DNA of 64,000 nucleotides from Octopus bimaculoides (GCF_001194135.2 NC_069004.1:25981277-26045276), one strand, 5' to 3'. Positions 23,756 through 37,150 are shown, counted from the first letter of the stretch. Numbers and translations: made by a program. Notes: a model not told the origin generated them from the sequence alone.

Positions 23756-23916
23756 TGATATAGGCACAGGTGTGGCCATAGGGTAAGAAATTTGCTTCTC
23801 AACCACATGGTTCTCAGTTCAGTTCCACTACATGGTACTTTCGGCAAGTACCTTCTGCTATAGCGCTGGACCGACTACAGCCTTATGGGTGGATTTTGTA
23901 GACAGAAATATACATC

Positions 23917-23948
<32 letters not shown>

Positions 23949-24699
23949 ATAGCTATGTGTGCATGTGTATGTATCTTTGTGTCTGTGTTTGTCTCCTTCC
24001 AGCACCGTTTTTTAACTAGGCTCAACATTGCTTAACTTCAGTGATCAGACAAGAACCACTGCTTTCAACATGATATGGTCATAGGCATACGGCCTAGTGG
24101 TTAGGATGTCATACACGCAATCCTTAGTGAGTGGATTTGGAGAACAAAAACCGAAAGAAGCCCATCACATTGTGTGTGTGTGTTTGTCCCTCACCACTGC
24201 TTGACAACCAGTGTTGGTTTGTTTACATCCCTGTAACTTAGCAGTTCAGCAAAAGAGACTGATAAACAAAGCACTAAGCTTACACATAAAAAAAAGAATA
24301 AGGTACTGGGGTTGATTCATTCGACTAAAGCGTCCTCAAGTTAGTGCCCCAGCATGGTCGCAGTCTAATGACTAACCAGCAAAAGATATAAACAATGTCA
24401 TTCATTAGCAATCCTCCAATTATAAAATATTAAAAACCAATGAAATTTTTTATTGTTTTTTAACTGAATTTTCATTATTTCTAGGTGTGACTAACTTTAA
24501 CCTATATTTCAGACTAAATCTATAGATATTTGCATCTCAAGTTACATGCATGCATGCATACATATGTGTGCGTGTGTGTAACTGTAATTAAGATCAACTA
24601 ATTATGAGATTAGATTGTATTGTTGTTGGCATTGTAGCTGTATTTGATGATGTTTCTATAAACTTGAGGTTAGTTCAAAAGCCTTGTTATTTTATTCCT

Positions 24700-25353
24700 G
24701 TTGTTGTGGTGGTGATGATGGTGGCGGTGGCGATGGTGGTGATGATGGAGGCAATGATGATGGTGGAAGTGATGATGATAGTGGAGGCAGCAGTGAGGAT
24801 GGTGGAGGTGGTGATGGTGGTGGAGGTGGTGATGGTGGAGGCGGCAGTGGTGATGGTGATGGTGAGGCGGTGGTGGTGATGGTGGAGGCGGTGGTGGTAG
24901 AAATAGTGATGATGATGGAGGTGGTACTTTTGTTTAATGTTGTTGCTGGTGTTGTGATGCTCATGTTAATATTGATNNNNNNNNNNCAGTGGTGATGGTG
25001 ATGGTGAGGCGGTGGTGGTGATGGTGGAGGCAGCGGTGGTGATGGAGGAGGCAGTGGTGGTGATGGAGGCAGTGGTGGTGATGGCGGCGGTGGTGGAGGC
25101 GGCGGTGGTGATGGTGGAGGCGGTGGTGGTAGAAATAGTGATGATGATGGAGGTGGTACTTTTGTTTAATGTTGTTGCTGGTGTTGTGATGCTCATGTTA
25201 ATATTGATGTTACTGCATTTTCATACAAGCTTTAGTTAAAAGTCCTGCTGTTGTTGTTGTTGTTGTTATTGCCGTTGTGGTGCTGGCTGTTATTGATGCA
25301 GACACCGTCTTCATAAGACAAGGTTAAAAACCTTATTTTGGTAGTGATTAATG

Positions 25354-25385
<32 letters not shown>

Positions 25386-25824
25386 TGTGGTGGCGGTAGT
25401 GTTTCTAGTGATCTTAACAAGACCAGGTGAGTCACAAGTTTTGCAGTAGTAATAGTTGTAGTCGCGATGGTAATAGTAGAAGTAGCAGAAGTAGTGGTGA
25501 TAGTGGTAGTAGTAATGATGGTGGTGGTGGTAATAGTAGTAGTGGTAGTAGTAATAGTGGTGATGGTGGTAGTAGTATTAGTTATAGTAGTGATGGTGGT
25601 GGTAGCAGTAATAGTAGTAGTAGCAGTGGTGGTAGTAGTAATGGTGGTGGTGGTAGTAGTAGCGGTGGTAGTAATAGCCGTGATGGTGGTAGTAGTGGTA
25701 GTCATAGTAGTAATGGTGGTGGTGGTAGTAATAGTGGTGATGGTGGTAGTTATACTAGTGATGGTGGTGGTGGCAGTAGTAGTGGTGGTGATGGTAACAG
25801 AAATAGTAACAGTAGCAGTGTTGA

Positions 25825-25861
<37 letters not shown>

Positions 25862-25960
25862 CGCGATGACAGAAACAGCAACAGTGGTAGTAGTGCAGGT
25901 GATGAAAATAGAAGTACTATAAGTAGTAGTAGCAGCAGATGCAGTAGTGATGGTAGCATG
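24700..25960. repeat. Degenerate (GGT/GAT/AGT)n trinucleotide tract
   Basis: Low-complexity run; a similar tract lies at 17570-18285. Confidence 0.9.
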
Positions 25961-26585
25961 GGATTATTGTTCATGTTAATGTCGCAGTATCTTATTTAAT
26001 AAAACCAGGTGAATTACAACTTTTGCTGCAGAGGCTGTAGTAGCAGTAGTGGTATCGATGGCAGTAAAAGCTAAGCACAGGCATAGCTATGTGGTCAAGA
26101 AGTTTGCTTCTCAACCACGAGGTTTCATGTTCAGTCCCATGGTGCAGCACCTTGGGATAGCACCTGCTGCAAAAGCCCAGGCCGATTAAAGCCTTTGTGA
26201 ATGGCTTTGCTAAATGGAAACTACAAGCAGCCCGTTGTATGTGTTGTGTATGTTGAGTGTGTGTGTGTGTGTGTGTATGTGTGTGTGTGATGTGTGCATT
26301 GTGTTGTGTGTATTTGAGTCTCCTTGCATTGACATTGTATGACAGTTGTAAATGGGGGTCATTGTCATACAAGCAGTGTCGTTTCCAACATTCCAACATG
26401 AGGAAATATTACCTTGTTTAGAAACTGGTGAGGGTTGGCAACAGGGAGGGCATCCAGCTATAGAAAATCTGTCCTAACAAACTCCATCTAACACATGTAA
26501 ATATAGAAAAAAAAAATGGTTATTAAAATGTTAAGATGATGATGATAGTATTGCTGTTGCAGTACTTTAAATAAGACCAGGGTAC

Positions 26586-26749
26586 CCATGAGTCTTGCTG
26601 TAGTAGTTGTAGGAAATCCAGTGATGATAAACCACCTTGTACTTTGAGGGTCCACCCTGTCCCCTCATCACCACCGATTTCATCGCTTTCCAGCTCTATC
26701 TGGTCACTTGCACCTTCTCTACTGAAATGTGAATAGTCATGCAGCACCC
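26586..26749 (-). CDS. PASK: Probable PASK N-terminal exon (G-VLHDYSHFSREGASDQIELESDEIGGDEGTGWTLKVQGGLSSLDFLQLLQQDSW)
   Basis: tctctttctttag acceptor, open frame in non-repetitive sequence, weak donor TGG|gtaccc; 164 nt, phase 1 to 0. W...LSSL resembles the recalled human RWSSYCLSSL. Confidence 0.6.
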
Positions 26750-29119
26750 CTAAAGAAAGAGACCTGTTCTGCTTTGGCCCTTTTCTCTTATACTTGACCA
26801 CCTCTATTCCTCATCCTGTCATCTGCCAAGAATCACCAACAAATGGTGGATGCAGCGACATGCTGTTACAACGCATCCCCCCCATACTACTACTACTACT
26901 TATCCCCTAGCATCAAGTTAGCCACCCCCTTGGGGTTTGTAGTCATGCGAGTGGCATGGTGACCTCGCTAGTGCTGGTGACATGAAAAAACAAGCACCCA
27001 GTACACTCTGTAAAGTGGTTGGTGTTAGGAAGGGCTTCCAGCTGCAGAAACCATACCAAAGCAGACACTGGAGCATGAAGCAGCCCTTGGGTTCATCATC
27101 ATCAACATAATCATTTAACATCTGTTTTCCATGCTGGCATGAGTTGAACAGCTTGACAGAGACTGGCAAGGTCAGGGTCCACACTGGGTTCCGTAGTATG
27201 TTTTGGCGTGATTTCTACAGCTGGCTGCCCTTCCTAATGCCGACCACTTTACAGAGTGTACCATGTGCTTTTTATGTGGCAGGAAAGGTACCCAACCAGG
27301 CCATGAAATATTGCCTCAGAATGTTGCATCCAACTCATGCTAGCACAGAAAAGCAGGTGTAAAATTGTAACTGATAATGATGGTATGTGTGTGTCTACAC
27401 GCATGTCTGTGTGTCTGTGAGTGAGTGCCAGTGTGTATTTGTGTGCCAGTATGTGTATGTGTGTGTTCCCATTTATCTAAAACTGGCGCACTTATCGCTG
27501 TGCCTCCTTGTGTCCCATCAACCAGCAGTAAGCCTGAGGTTGATTTCTTTGACTAAAAAAACCCTTTAAGGTGGTGCTCCAGCATGGCACCCAAATGACT
27601 GGAACAAGTAAAACAATAAAAGAATTACCCAATGCCATCTACAGTTGTTAGACTGAAATCAGAACCATTGTCATCGTCATCATCAACATTTGCTGCATCC
27701 ACTACATCTTCCTCTCACATATTCACCACTTAGCAACAATGAATTCTTCAACCAAAGCCTTGTGAGTGTATTTGGGATGCTAACTGAAAGAAGCCCATTG
27801 CATATATAGGTGTGTGTATGTGTGTCTTTATTCCCCGCCACCATTTGACAACCAGTATTGGTGTGTCTACATACCTGAAACTTAGCAGTTCAGCAAAAGA
27901 GATTGATAGAATAAGTATCAGGTTTAAGAATAAAAATAAGTACTGGGGTTGATACATTTGATTAAAAATTCTTTGAGGTGGTGCCCCAGCATGGTCACAG
28001 TCTAATGAGTGAAACAAGTAGAAGGTAAAAAGTACCGCTTTTGGTGATTGCCAGCGGTCATCTAGTTTATATTGTGTGATTTAGTTTTGTCATCTATAAA
28101 GTAGATGACAAAAAAGATTTTGTTGTGTCTAGGGAGAATCATGCCAATATAATTAACACACACACACTGGTTCAATTCTATTCATTGATTAAATATCTGA
28201 TTTTCTTGTCAAAGCTCATTCATTGCTTTTTTGCAACCTTCACAGAGACCCACTGACTATTGACAAACTAGTGTTTGTTTGCCTGTTTGAGATTTTGCAG
28301 CATGTGTATGTGTGCATGTGCTTGTGCGTATGTACATATGTATATATGAACATGTGAATGTATGCACGTGTGTACATACATATGTATATATGAACATGTG
28401 AATGTATGTATGCATGTACGTGTGTACAAAAATGAAGTAAAATAGATTTTATATCCATATTAGTCTTCTCTCCTCATCAAGATGTTTGACAAGTTTAAAA
28501 AGTTGGAACCCATCATAATTTTGAATGTGAGGTTAAGAAGTTCACTATGTGACTCCATGGTTTTGGGTTCATCCCCACTGTTGAGTGGCTTGGGCAAATG
28601 TCTTCTGCTATATTCCTGGGCCAACCAATGTCATCATCATTGTCATCATCATCGCTTAACATCCGTTTTCCATGCTAGCATGGTTTGGACGGTTTGACCA
28701 GGGCTGACAAGCTGGAAAGCTACACTAGACTCCAGTCTGATTTGGCAGTGTTTCTACAGCTGGATGCCCTTCCTAACACCAACCACTCCGTGAGTGTAGT
28801 GGGTGCTTTTTACATGCCGCCGGTACAGGGGCCATAGGAGGCTGGGAATGGCCACAATCGGTTAGTGCTTTTTACGTGCCACACGCACAGGTATCACATC
28901 TACAATTTCCATTTGATTTTCATTTTGGTGTTGATGTACTTGACTCAATAGGTCTCCTCAAGCACAGCAGGTCACCCTACGATCCAAGGTACTTTTGAAT
29001 GGGCTGGGGCCGGTTATGTGAAACTGGTGTAGGATACAGCCGTAAACTCACTTTATTTGCCAGGTCTTCACAGTCACAGCATATCTCCAGAAAATGGAAA
29101 CTGTGTGGAAGCCTGTCAT

Positions 29120-29161
<42 letters not shown>

Positions 29162-30150
29162 CTCTGAGTTTATTCTTCACCACCACTAGATGAATGGCAA
29201 CGTCAACCTCGGTGGAATTTGAAATTAGAACATGAAGACGGACAAAATGTCACAAAGCGTTTTGCCTGGCATCCTAACAATTCTGCCAGCTAGCTTCCTA
29301 AATAACAACAATAATCCTTTCTACTATAGATGCAAAGCCTGAAATTTTGGGGAACGGTCTAGTCGATTACATCGACCCCAGTGCATAACTGGTACATATT
29401 TTCTTGACCCCGAAAGGAGGAAAGGCAAAGTCGACCTCAGCAGAATTTTAACTCAGAACGTAGTGGCAGACAAAATACCGCTAAGCATTTCATCTGGCAT
29501 GCTAATGATTCTGTCAGCTCGCTGCCTTAAAAAAAATTTATTCGATGTATCCCTTATGAGATAATTGAACTCACAAACAAACATGAAGTTGTCAAGCGCT
29601 CTCCATTTACTACCAAATTGACACCTCAACAACATTAATAATGGTTTCAAATCTTTTGGCACAAGGCTAGCAATTTCAGGAGAAGGGGTTATGTCAATTA
29701 CATTGACCCCCAGAATTTCACTGGTACTTATTTTATTGACCTTGAAAGGATGAAAGCAAGGTCAACCTCACGGGAATTTGAACTCTGAATGTAAAACAAA
29801 CAAAATACCACTAAGCATTTCACCTGGTATACAAACAATTCTGCCAGCTCACCACCTTAATAATAATTATAATAATAATAATAATAATGATAATAATAAT
29901 AATAATAATAATAATGATGATGATAATCAGACAAATACATAACAAAAATAGCAGGACTTACAAATATATATAACATACAGAAAATTGCACTACTGGGTAC
30001 TGCACACATTCTACGCAAAAGACTTTCAATACAGTAAACATAAGAGCACCACAGCAAACCACAGCACATACCCAAGGCGCACAGAGCTGCGCTCGGTAGT
30101 GAAGTGAAAGCACGTTATAAAAATAAAACTACTGAATAATAATAATGATG

Positions 30151-30194
<44 letters not shown>

Positions 30195-30195
<1 letters not shown>

Positions 30196-30597
30196 GGCGT
30201 AGGAGTGGCTGTGTGGTAAGTAGCTTGCTTACCAACCACATGGTTCCGGGTTCAGTCCCATTGTGTGGCACCTTGGGTAAGTGTCTTCTACTATAGCCTC
30301 GGCGCAAACAAAGCCTTGTAAGTGGATTTGGTAGACGGAAACTGAAGGAAGCCCCTCGTATATATGTATATATATATGTATGTGTGTGTACATGTTTGTG
30401 TGTCTGTATTTGTCCCCACAACATCGCTTGACAACCGATGCTGGTGTGTTTACGTCCCCGTAACATAGCGGTTCAGCAAAAGAGACCGATAGAATAAGTA
30501 CTAGGCTTCCAAAGAATAAGTGCTTGGGTCGATTTGCTCGACTAAAGGCGGTGCTCCAGCATGGCCACAGTCAAATGACTGAAACAAGTAAAAGAGA

Positions 30598-30600
<3 letters not shown>
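30195..30600 (+). mobile_element. tRNA-derived SINE family A (about 400 bp, central TA/TG microsatellite), full-length representative
   Basis: Head GGAGTGGCTGTGTGGTAAG...GGTTCAGTCCC and tail CAAATGACTGAAACAAGTAAAAGAG. Dozens of copies occur, e.g. 32918-33330+, 45791-46208+, 54014-54416-, 55577-56310- (tandem pair) and 63380-63782-. Confidence 0.85.
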
Positions 30601-30630
<30 letters not shown>

Positions 30631-31556
30631 GTTTCAAATTTTGCCACAAGGGCAACAATTTTGGGAGAGGAAATGAGTCTATCACATTGACCCTAGTGCT
30701 TAACTGGTACTTATTTCATCGACCCCAAAAGGATGAAAGACAAAGTGGACCTCAGCAGGATTTGAACTCAGAACGTAAAGATGGATGAAATGCTGCTGAG
30801 CATTTTGCCTGGAGAACTAACGACTCTGCAAGCTCATTGCCTTAATAATCCTTTCTAGTACAGGCACAAAGCTTGAAGTTTTGCAGGAGGGGACTAGTTG
30901 ATTACATCGACCCCAGAATTTCACTGGTACTTAATTTATTGACTCCGAAAGGATGAAAGGCTAAATCGACTTCAGTGGAATTTGAACTCAGAACATAGCG
31001 CCAGGCAAAATACAGCTAAGCATTTCATGCAGCATGCTAACGACTCTGCCAACTCATTGCCTTCTTAATGATAATAATAATAATAATAATAATGATAATA
31101 ATAATAATAATGATGATGATTTCTAATTTGGGTACAAGAATAGCAACTTTTGACCTTGTAAAAGATGAAAGGCAAAATTGGCTTTGGTGGGATTTGAACT
31201 CAGAGCAGTCAAAAACAAAACAACAAAAAGACTGCATAGCATTTTGTTCAATGTTCTAATGATTTCTGCCATCCCACCTCTGTCTCCTACTAGATGGCCA
31301 CCCCATGCCATAGTGCAACAGAAAATTTTAAAAAAACCTCACCTCATCATCTCTCCACACTGATTCCTTGCCTCTGTTGCAACATCAGCCTTCACTTCAT
31401 CTCTCCAATTCTTCTACCCCACGATCCTTGTCTCTATCCATCCCTCACAAGTCGGAGGGAAAACGCCGACACCACCACCACCACAACCACCAGTCACAAA
31501 CAAAAAAAGAACCATATACTACTACTACTGCTACCACTACCACTACTACTAATAAA

Positions 31557-31588
<32 letters not shown>

Positions 31589-31898
31589 CAGTGATGGTGG
31601 TGGTGGTGATGATTGCTTTTTTACTTGCCGCCAGGGCAGCAGATGAGGGTGGGGAACGAAACAGAGACAGACAAAGTGTGCGGGGGGTGGAGGGTCTCGA
31701 AATAATGTTAAAAAAAACTAAAAAAAAAAAAATCAGAGCAATCATTTTCAAATCCAACTACACAAAAACAAATAAAAAATAAACAACCTTACTCCTACCG
31801 CTACTACTACTACTACTACAAATAATAATAATAATAATAAAACAACAACAATCATCATTATCAAATCCAAACAAAAAACTGCTCTGATTCCTGAGCGT

Positions 31899-32057
31899 GC
31901 CACCGCCGCTGCTGCCACCGCCGCTGCTGCCACCGCCGCTGCTGCCACCGCCGCTGCTGCCACCGCCGCTGCTGCCACCGCCGCTGCTGCCACCGCCGCT
32001 GCTGCCACCGCCGCTGCTGCCACCGCCGCTGCTGCCACCGCCGCTGCTGCCACCGCC
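31899..32057. repeat. Perfect 15-bp GC-rich minisatellite (GCCACCGCCGCTGCT) x10.6
   Basis: Ten identical units plus 9 nt. Confidence 0.95.
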
Positions 32058-32310
32058 ACCATAGAGATGTGAGGCACAGCACATTGTTGAAGAGTCAATA
32101 AATCCATAGATCTATTTTGAACAACCTGTAGTTCAATAGGCACCACCACACCTCTACCCACATCCACCTACAGCACCACCACCACCACTACCGCATACAA
32201 CCACATGTATAAACTCTGACATACACACACACACACATACACTCACTCAAATACACATTTCTCAACTAATTAGTATTGCTAAATGAATGCATGCATGCAC
32301 ATAAACCCAC

Positions 32311-32346
<36 letters not shown>

Positions 32347-32662
32347 GCATACACATATATACACACATGTATATATATACCTATACTCATACAAATACAT
32401 GTACACACACACGTATAAATATATATATATATATATACTAACATACATATACTCACACACACATGTATACATATACACACATGCATATATATATATATAT
32501 ATATATACTCACACACATACATGTATACATATACATATACATATATATACATATATATACATATATACTCATACATACACACATGTATACATATAAACTC
32601 ACATACATACAGACATATATACTCATACATACACATATGTATACACATATACTCACATACAT

Positions 32663-32703
<41 letters not shown>

Positions 32704-33080
32704 ATATATATGCTCTCTATATGGAGAGAGGAAGAGAGGAGAGAGGGGGAGGAGGAAGAAGAGGAGGGTGAGAGACTAATGAGTTAACTAGCCTTGCTCG
32801 GAAGTGTATACACATAATTGAAAGAGCTGTGCCTCTATGAATAAACACAAGTGTTCATATTCGGATATAGTTATATACACACACACACACAGAATCAGAG
32901 AGAGACCAGCAATGGATATACAGGCATGGCTGTGTGGTAAGAAGCTTGCTTCCCAACCACATGTCTCCAGGTTCGGTCCCACTGCATGGCACCGTGGGCA
33001 AGTGTCTTCTTCTATAGCCTCGGGGCCAACCAAAGCATTGTGGGTGGATTTGGTAGATGGCAACTGAAAGAAGCCTGTCA

Positions 33081-33133
<53 letters not shown>

Positions 33134-33669
33134 TTGTCTCCCCATTCCCCCACCGTCACTTGACAACCGATGGAGTGCTTATGCTCCTGTAACTTAGAGG
33201 GTTGGCAAAAGAGACAGATAGAATTAGTACTAGGCTTACAAAGAATAAGTCCTGGGGTCAATTTGTTCGACTAAAAAGAAAACCCTTTAAGGTGATGCTC
33301 CAGCATGGTCGCAGTCAAATGACTGAAGTGTCTTAGAGAAAAGAATACACACACATGCATACATACATGCATGTATGTGTTAGAGTTGATGGTGTGTATA
33401 TATGCAGGGTAGTAACTGTAGTAGTGCCTATGTATGTAGAATTGAATGTGTGCAAATAGTTGCGTGTATAAGAAGAATAAGAGTGCAATTATGTTTGTGT
33501 GTGCATGTGTGTTTGTATCCGTATACAGTGTATGAATGCATAATAAGATATATACACACATGTGAGATTAAGTTTAGAGGTGCATGCTTTTATATGTACA
33601 CACACATTTGAACAGAAATATGAATGTATGTGTACACAGAAACACATGCATATATTCTACATACATGTA

Positions 33670-33705
<36 letters not shown>

Positions 33706-33925
33706 TACACTCTCTGAGTGGTTGGCGTTAGGAAGGGCATCCAGCTGTAGAAACTCTGCCAAATTTAGATTGGAGCCTGGTGTTGCCATCCGGTTTCACC
33801 AATCCTCAGTCAAGTCGTCCAACCCATGCTAGCATGGAAAGCGGACGTTAAACGATGATGATGATATATATACATGTATAAAGTACTTGTCGACTCTTTA
33901 TGCAGAGTTTGACTACCTCCTGTAC

Positions 33926-34260
33926 CTAAACCTTAGAACCATCATGGCATCTGATATGGCTTTTTAAACCAGACAATGCTTTGAAAAGGCACCCACATAG
34001 ATTGCATATCCGATTTGGACCACCAAGATCAGCAGATCAGTTCTGATCTTAAAATGTCTTTTGAGGTCTCCGTTAGATTTGCGAAATGTCTTTTGAGGTC
34101 TCCATTAGATTTGCAAACCTTCTGGCATACATTGAATTGAAAGAGCACACGCATATACGCAGAATAGTTGGTGGAGGTTCGTTTTTCCATGGGGCCTCAA
34201 ATGAGATTTGAATCCAGCAAAAGAAAGGCATGGTCGGTCACAAACTGTGCACACAAAAGG
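33926..34260 (-). pseudogene. Frameshifted remnant of three C2H2 zinc fingers
   Basis: FVCTVCDRPCLSFAGFKSHLRPH, FQFNVCQKVCKSNGDLKRHFKI and ICNLCGCLFKALSGLKSHIRCH lie in different frames; 32-bp tandem duplication at 34052-34115. Confidence 0.75.
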
Positions 34261-34298
34261 TCATTGTGATTCATCTTCTCAATCGTAACATTCTTCCT

Positions 34299-34337
<39 letters not shown>

Positions 34338-34604
34338 CATTATCATCCTTTAACGTCTATTTTCCATGCTGGCATGGGTTAGATGGTTTGACCAGAGCTG
34401 GCAAGCAGGAGAGCTGCACCAGGGTCCAGTTTGATTTAGCCTGGCTTCTATGGCTGGGTGCGTCTTTCTAACACCAACCCACCAACCACTTTATAGTGTG
34501 TGTTGGGTGCTCTTAACGTGCCACCAGCACGAGTGATTTTACATGACACTGGCACGTACACATGCATTTATACATTTATACTATGTATGTATATGTACAA
34601 ACAC

Positions 34605-34645
<41 letters not shown>

Positions 34646-35689
34646 TCCTCATCATCATCATTTAACGTCTGCTTTCTATGCTAGCATGGGTTGGATGATT
34701 TGACTGAGGACTGGCAAACCAGATGGTTGCACCAGGCTCCAATCTGATCTGGCAGAGTTTCTACAGCTGGATGCCCTTCCTAATGCCAACCACTCCGAGA
34801 GTGTAGTGGGTGCTTTTACGTGCCACCGGCACGAGGGCCAGTCTGGTGGTACTGGCAATGGCCACACTCAAATGGCGTTTTTACGTGCCACCTGCACAGG
34901 AGTCAATCCAGCGGCACTGGCAACGACCTCGGTCAAATGTTTTGTTCACATGCCACCAGCACAAGTGCCAGTAAGGGGACGCTGGTAATGAACATGCTCA
35001 AATGGTGCTTTTTACGTGCCACCGGCACGGAAACCAGACTGCTGCTCTGGCAGTGATCCCGCTCAGATGGTGCTGTTAGTGCTACACTGGCATGGGTGCC
35101 AGTCATCAAATTTAACACATATATATTAACCGGTACTCTGTCTGTTATGATGACGAAGGTTCCAATTGATCTGATCAACAGAACAGCCTGCTCGTGAAAT
35201 TAATGTGTAATTGGCTGAGCACTCCACAGATACACAAACCCGTAACGTAGTTCTCAGGGAGATTCAGTGTCGACACAGAATGTAACAAGACTGGCCCTTT
35301 GAAATACAGGTATTACTCATTTTCGTTAGGTGAGGGGATGAGAGCAATGTGAAATGAAGTGTCTTGCTCAAGGATACAATGTGCTGCCAGGAATCAAACA
35401 CACATCCTTTCGATCGTGAGTTGAATACCTTAACCACTGAGCCACACACATTCACAATACATATATTGTGTCCTGGGAGGGTAATTGTGCCAATTATAAT
35501 AAACACATGCATACCAGGTCATATATTTATTACCATTAATGATATAATGATCCTCCCCAGACAAGATTTTTGTTTAAACACATGAATTCACATCAAAAAT
35601 CTTGCAAACCAGACACAAAAACAAATTATATGTATGTAAGTTGTTTAAGAGTCCATAAGTCAGAAAAAAATGCACTTGCCATATTTTAT

Positions 35690-35797
35690 TCCATAATGGT
35701 TACCTCTGATGAGCGCAGGGTTACATAATCGAATTGTTACCCAACACTCCGTTGAATTCCTAGCACGAAACCGATTGGTAAGATCGACCATAATGGA
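35690..35797 (+). ncRNA. Type I hammerhead ribozyme motif with a long branched helix II
   Basis: CUGAUGA 35706-35712, GAAA 35767-35770, helix III ACC(GAUU)GGU with GUA site at 35780. Helix I: CU:AG, AUGGU:ACCAU and UCCAU:AUGGA. Confidence 0.65.
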
Positions 35798-35848
35798 TAT
35801 ATAATATTGTACACTTCAGATTATATATATATATATATATATATATAT

Positions 35849-36778
35849 NNNNNNNNNNNNNNNNNNNNNNNNNNNNNNNNNNNNNNNNNNNNNNNNNNNN
35901 NNNNNNNNNNNNNNNNNNNNNNNNNNNNNNNNNNNNNNNNNNNNNNNNNNNNNNNNNNNNNNNNNNNNNNNNNNNNNNNNNNNNNNNNNNNNNNNNNNNN
36001 NNNNNNNNNNNNNNNNNNNNNNNNNNNNNNNNNNNNNNNNNNNNNNNNNNNNNNNNNNNNNNNNNNNNNNNNNNNNNNNNNNNNNNNNNNNNNNNNNNNN
36101 NNNNNNNNNNNNNNNNNNNNNNNNNNNNNNNNNNNNNNNNNNNNNNNNNNNNNNNNNNNNNNNNNNNNNNNNNNNNNNNNNNNNNNNNNNNNNNNNNNNN
36201 NNNNNNNNNNNNNNNNNNNNNNNNNNNNNNNNNNNNNNNNNNNNNNNNNNNNNNNNNNNNNNNNNNNNNNNNNNNNNNNNNNNNNNNNNNNNNNNNNNNN
36301 NNNNNNNNNNNNNNNNNNNNNNNNNNNNNNNNNNNNNNNNNNNNNNNNNNNNNNNNNNNNNNNNNNNNNNNNNNNNNNNNNNNNNNNNNNNNNNNNNNNN
36401 NNNNNNNNNNNNNNNNNNNNNNNNNNNNNNNNNNNNNNNNNNNNNNNNNNNNNNNNNNNNNNNNNNNNNNNNNNNNNNNNNNNNNNNNNNNNNNNNNNNN
36501 NNNNNNNNNNNNNNNNNNNNNNNNNNNNNNNNNNNNNNNNNNNNNNNNNNNNNNNNNNNNNNNNNNNNNNNNNNNNNNNNNNNNNNNNNNNNNNNNNNNN
36601 NNNNNNNNNNNNNNNNNNNNNNNNNNNNNNNNNNNNNNNNNNNNNNNNNNNNNNNNNNNNNNNNNNNNNNNNNNNNNNNNNNNNNNNNNNNNNNNNNNNN
36701 NNNNNNNNNNNNNNNNNNNNNNNNNNNNNNNNNNNNNNNNNNNNNNNNNNNNNNNNNNNNNNNNNNNNNNNNNNNNNN
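35849..36778. other. Largest assembly gap (N run)
   Basis: Other gaps: 8090-8152, 10151-10160, 11602-11918, 12892-13056, 18861-19477, 20592-20913, 21588-21983, 24977-24986, 38282-38386, 44415-44424, 50637-50646, 52214-53030, 58250-58618, 63934-63969. Confidence 0.98.
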
Positions 36779-37150
36779 ATCTTGGTTGAACGAAGCTGGT
36801 GGCGAAAAGGTCATTCGGTGATGGTGTTTGAAGAGGTGCGCTTTTACAGACGTCCCTCCAAAATTTTTTTTAATTTCGTGTTCCACACTCAAGGGGGAGC
36901 CATTGTAGTGACGTCATATTGGCGCCAAAAAGGCATAGTCACGATTGCTGTATCCTTATCCACGCATGCGTGGATTTCAACATCCAAGCATTCCCACTTC
37001 TATTCTGTCTCTCTTTACCACACCAGACAGTGACCAAGCAAGACGTCTAAGCAAGCTCTCTCATTTGAGTGTGGTTGAACCAAGTTGTCTCTACAACGAC
37101 ACCAGCTCGAGGAACCGTACATCTACATTTTAGGCTACTCAGAAACCGGA
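36779..37150. promoter_or_regulatory. CpG-rich promoter-like island with CRE, E2F-like and NRF1-like palindromes
   Basis: Unique CpG-rich stretch containing TGACGTCA 36909-36916, TTGGCGCCAA 36919-36928 and CACGCATGCGTG 36961-36972. Confidence 0.55.

Noticed and set aside
24604-25999. Long Gly/Ser/Val/Thr-rich ORFs (also the YI/HT/CV/SL-repeat and X-filled ORFs)
   Set aside because: Translations of microsatellites or N gaps, with no splice or homology support.
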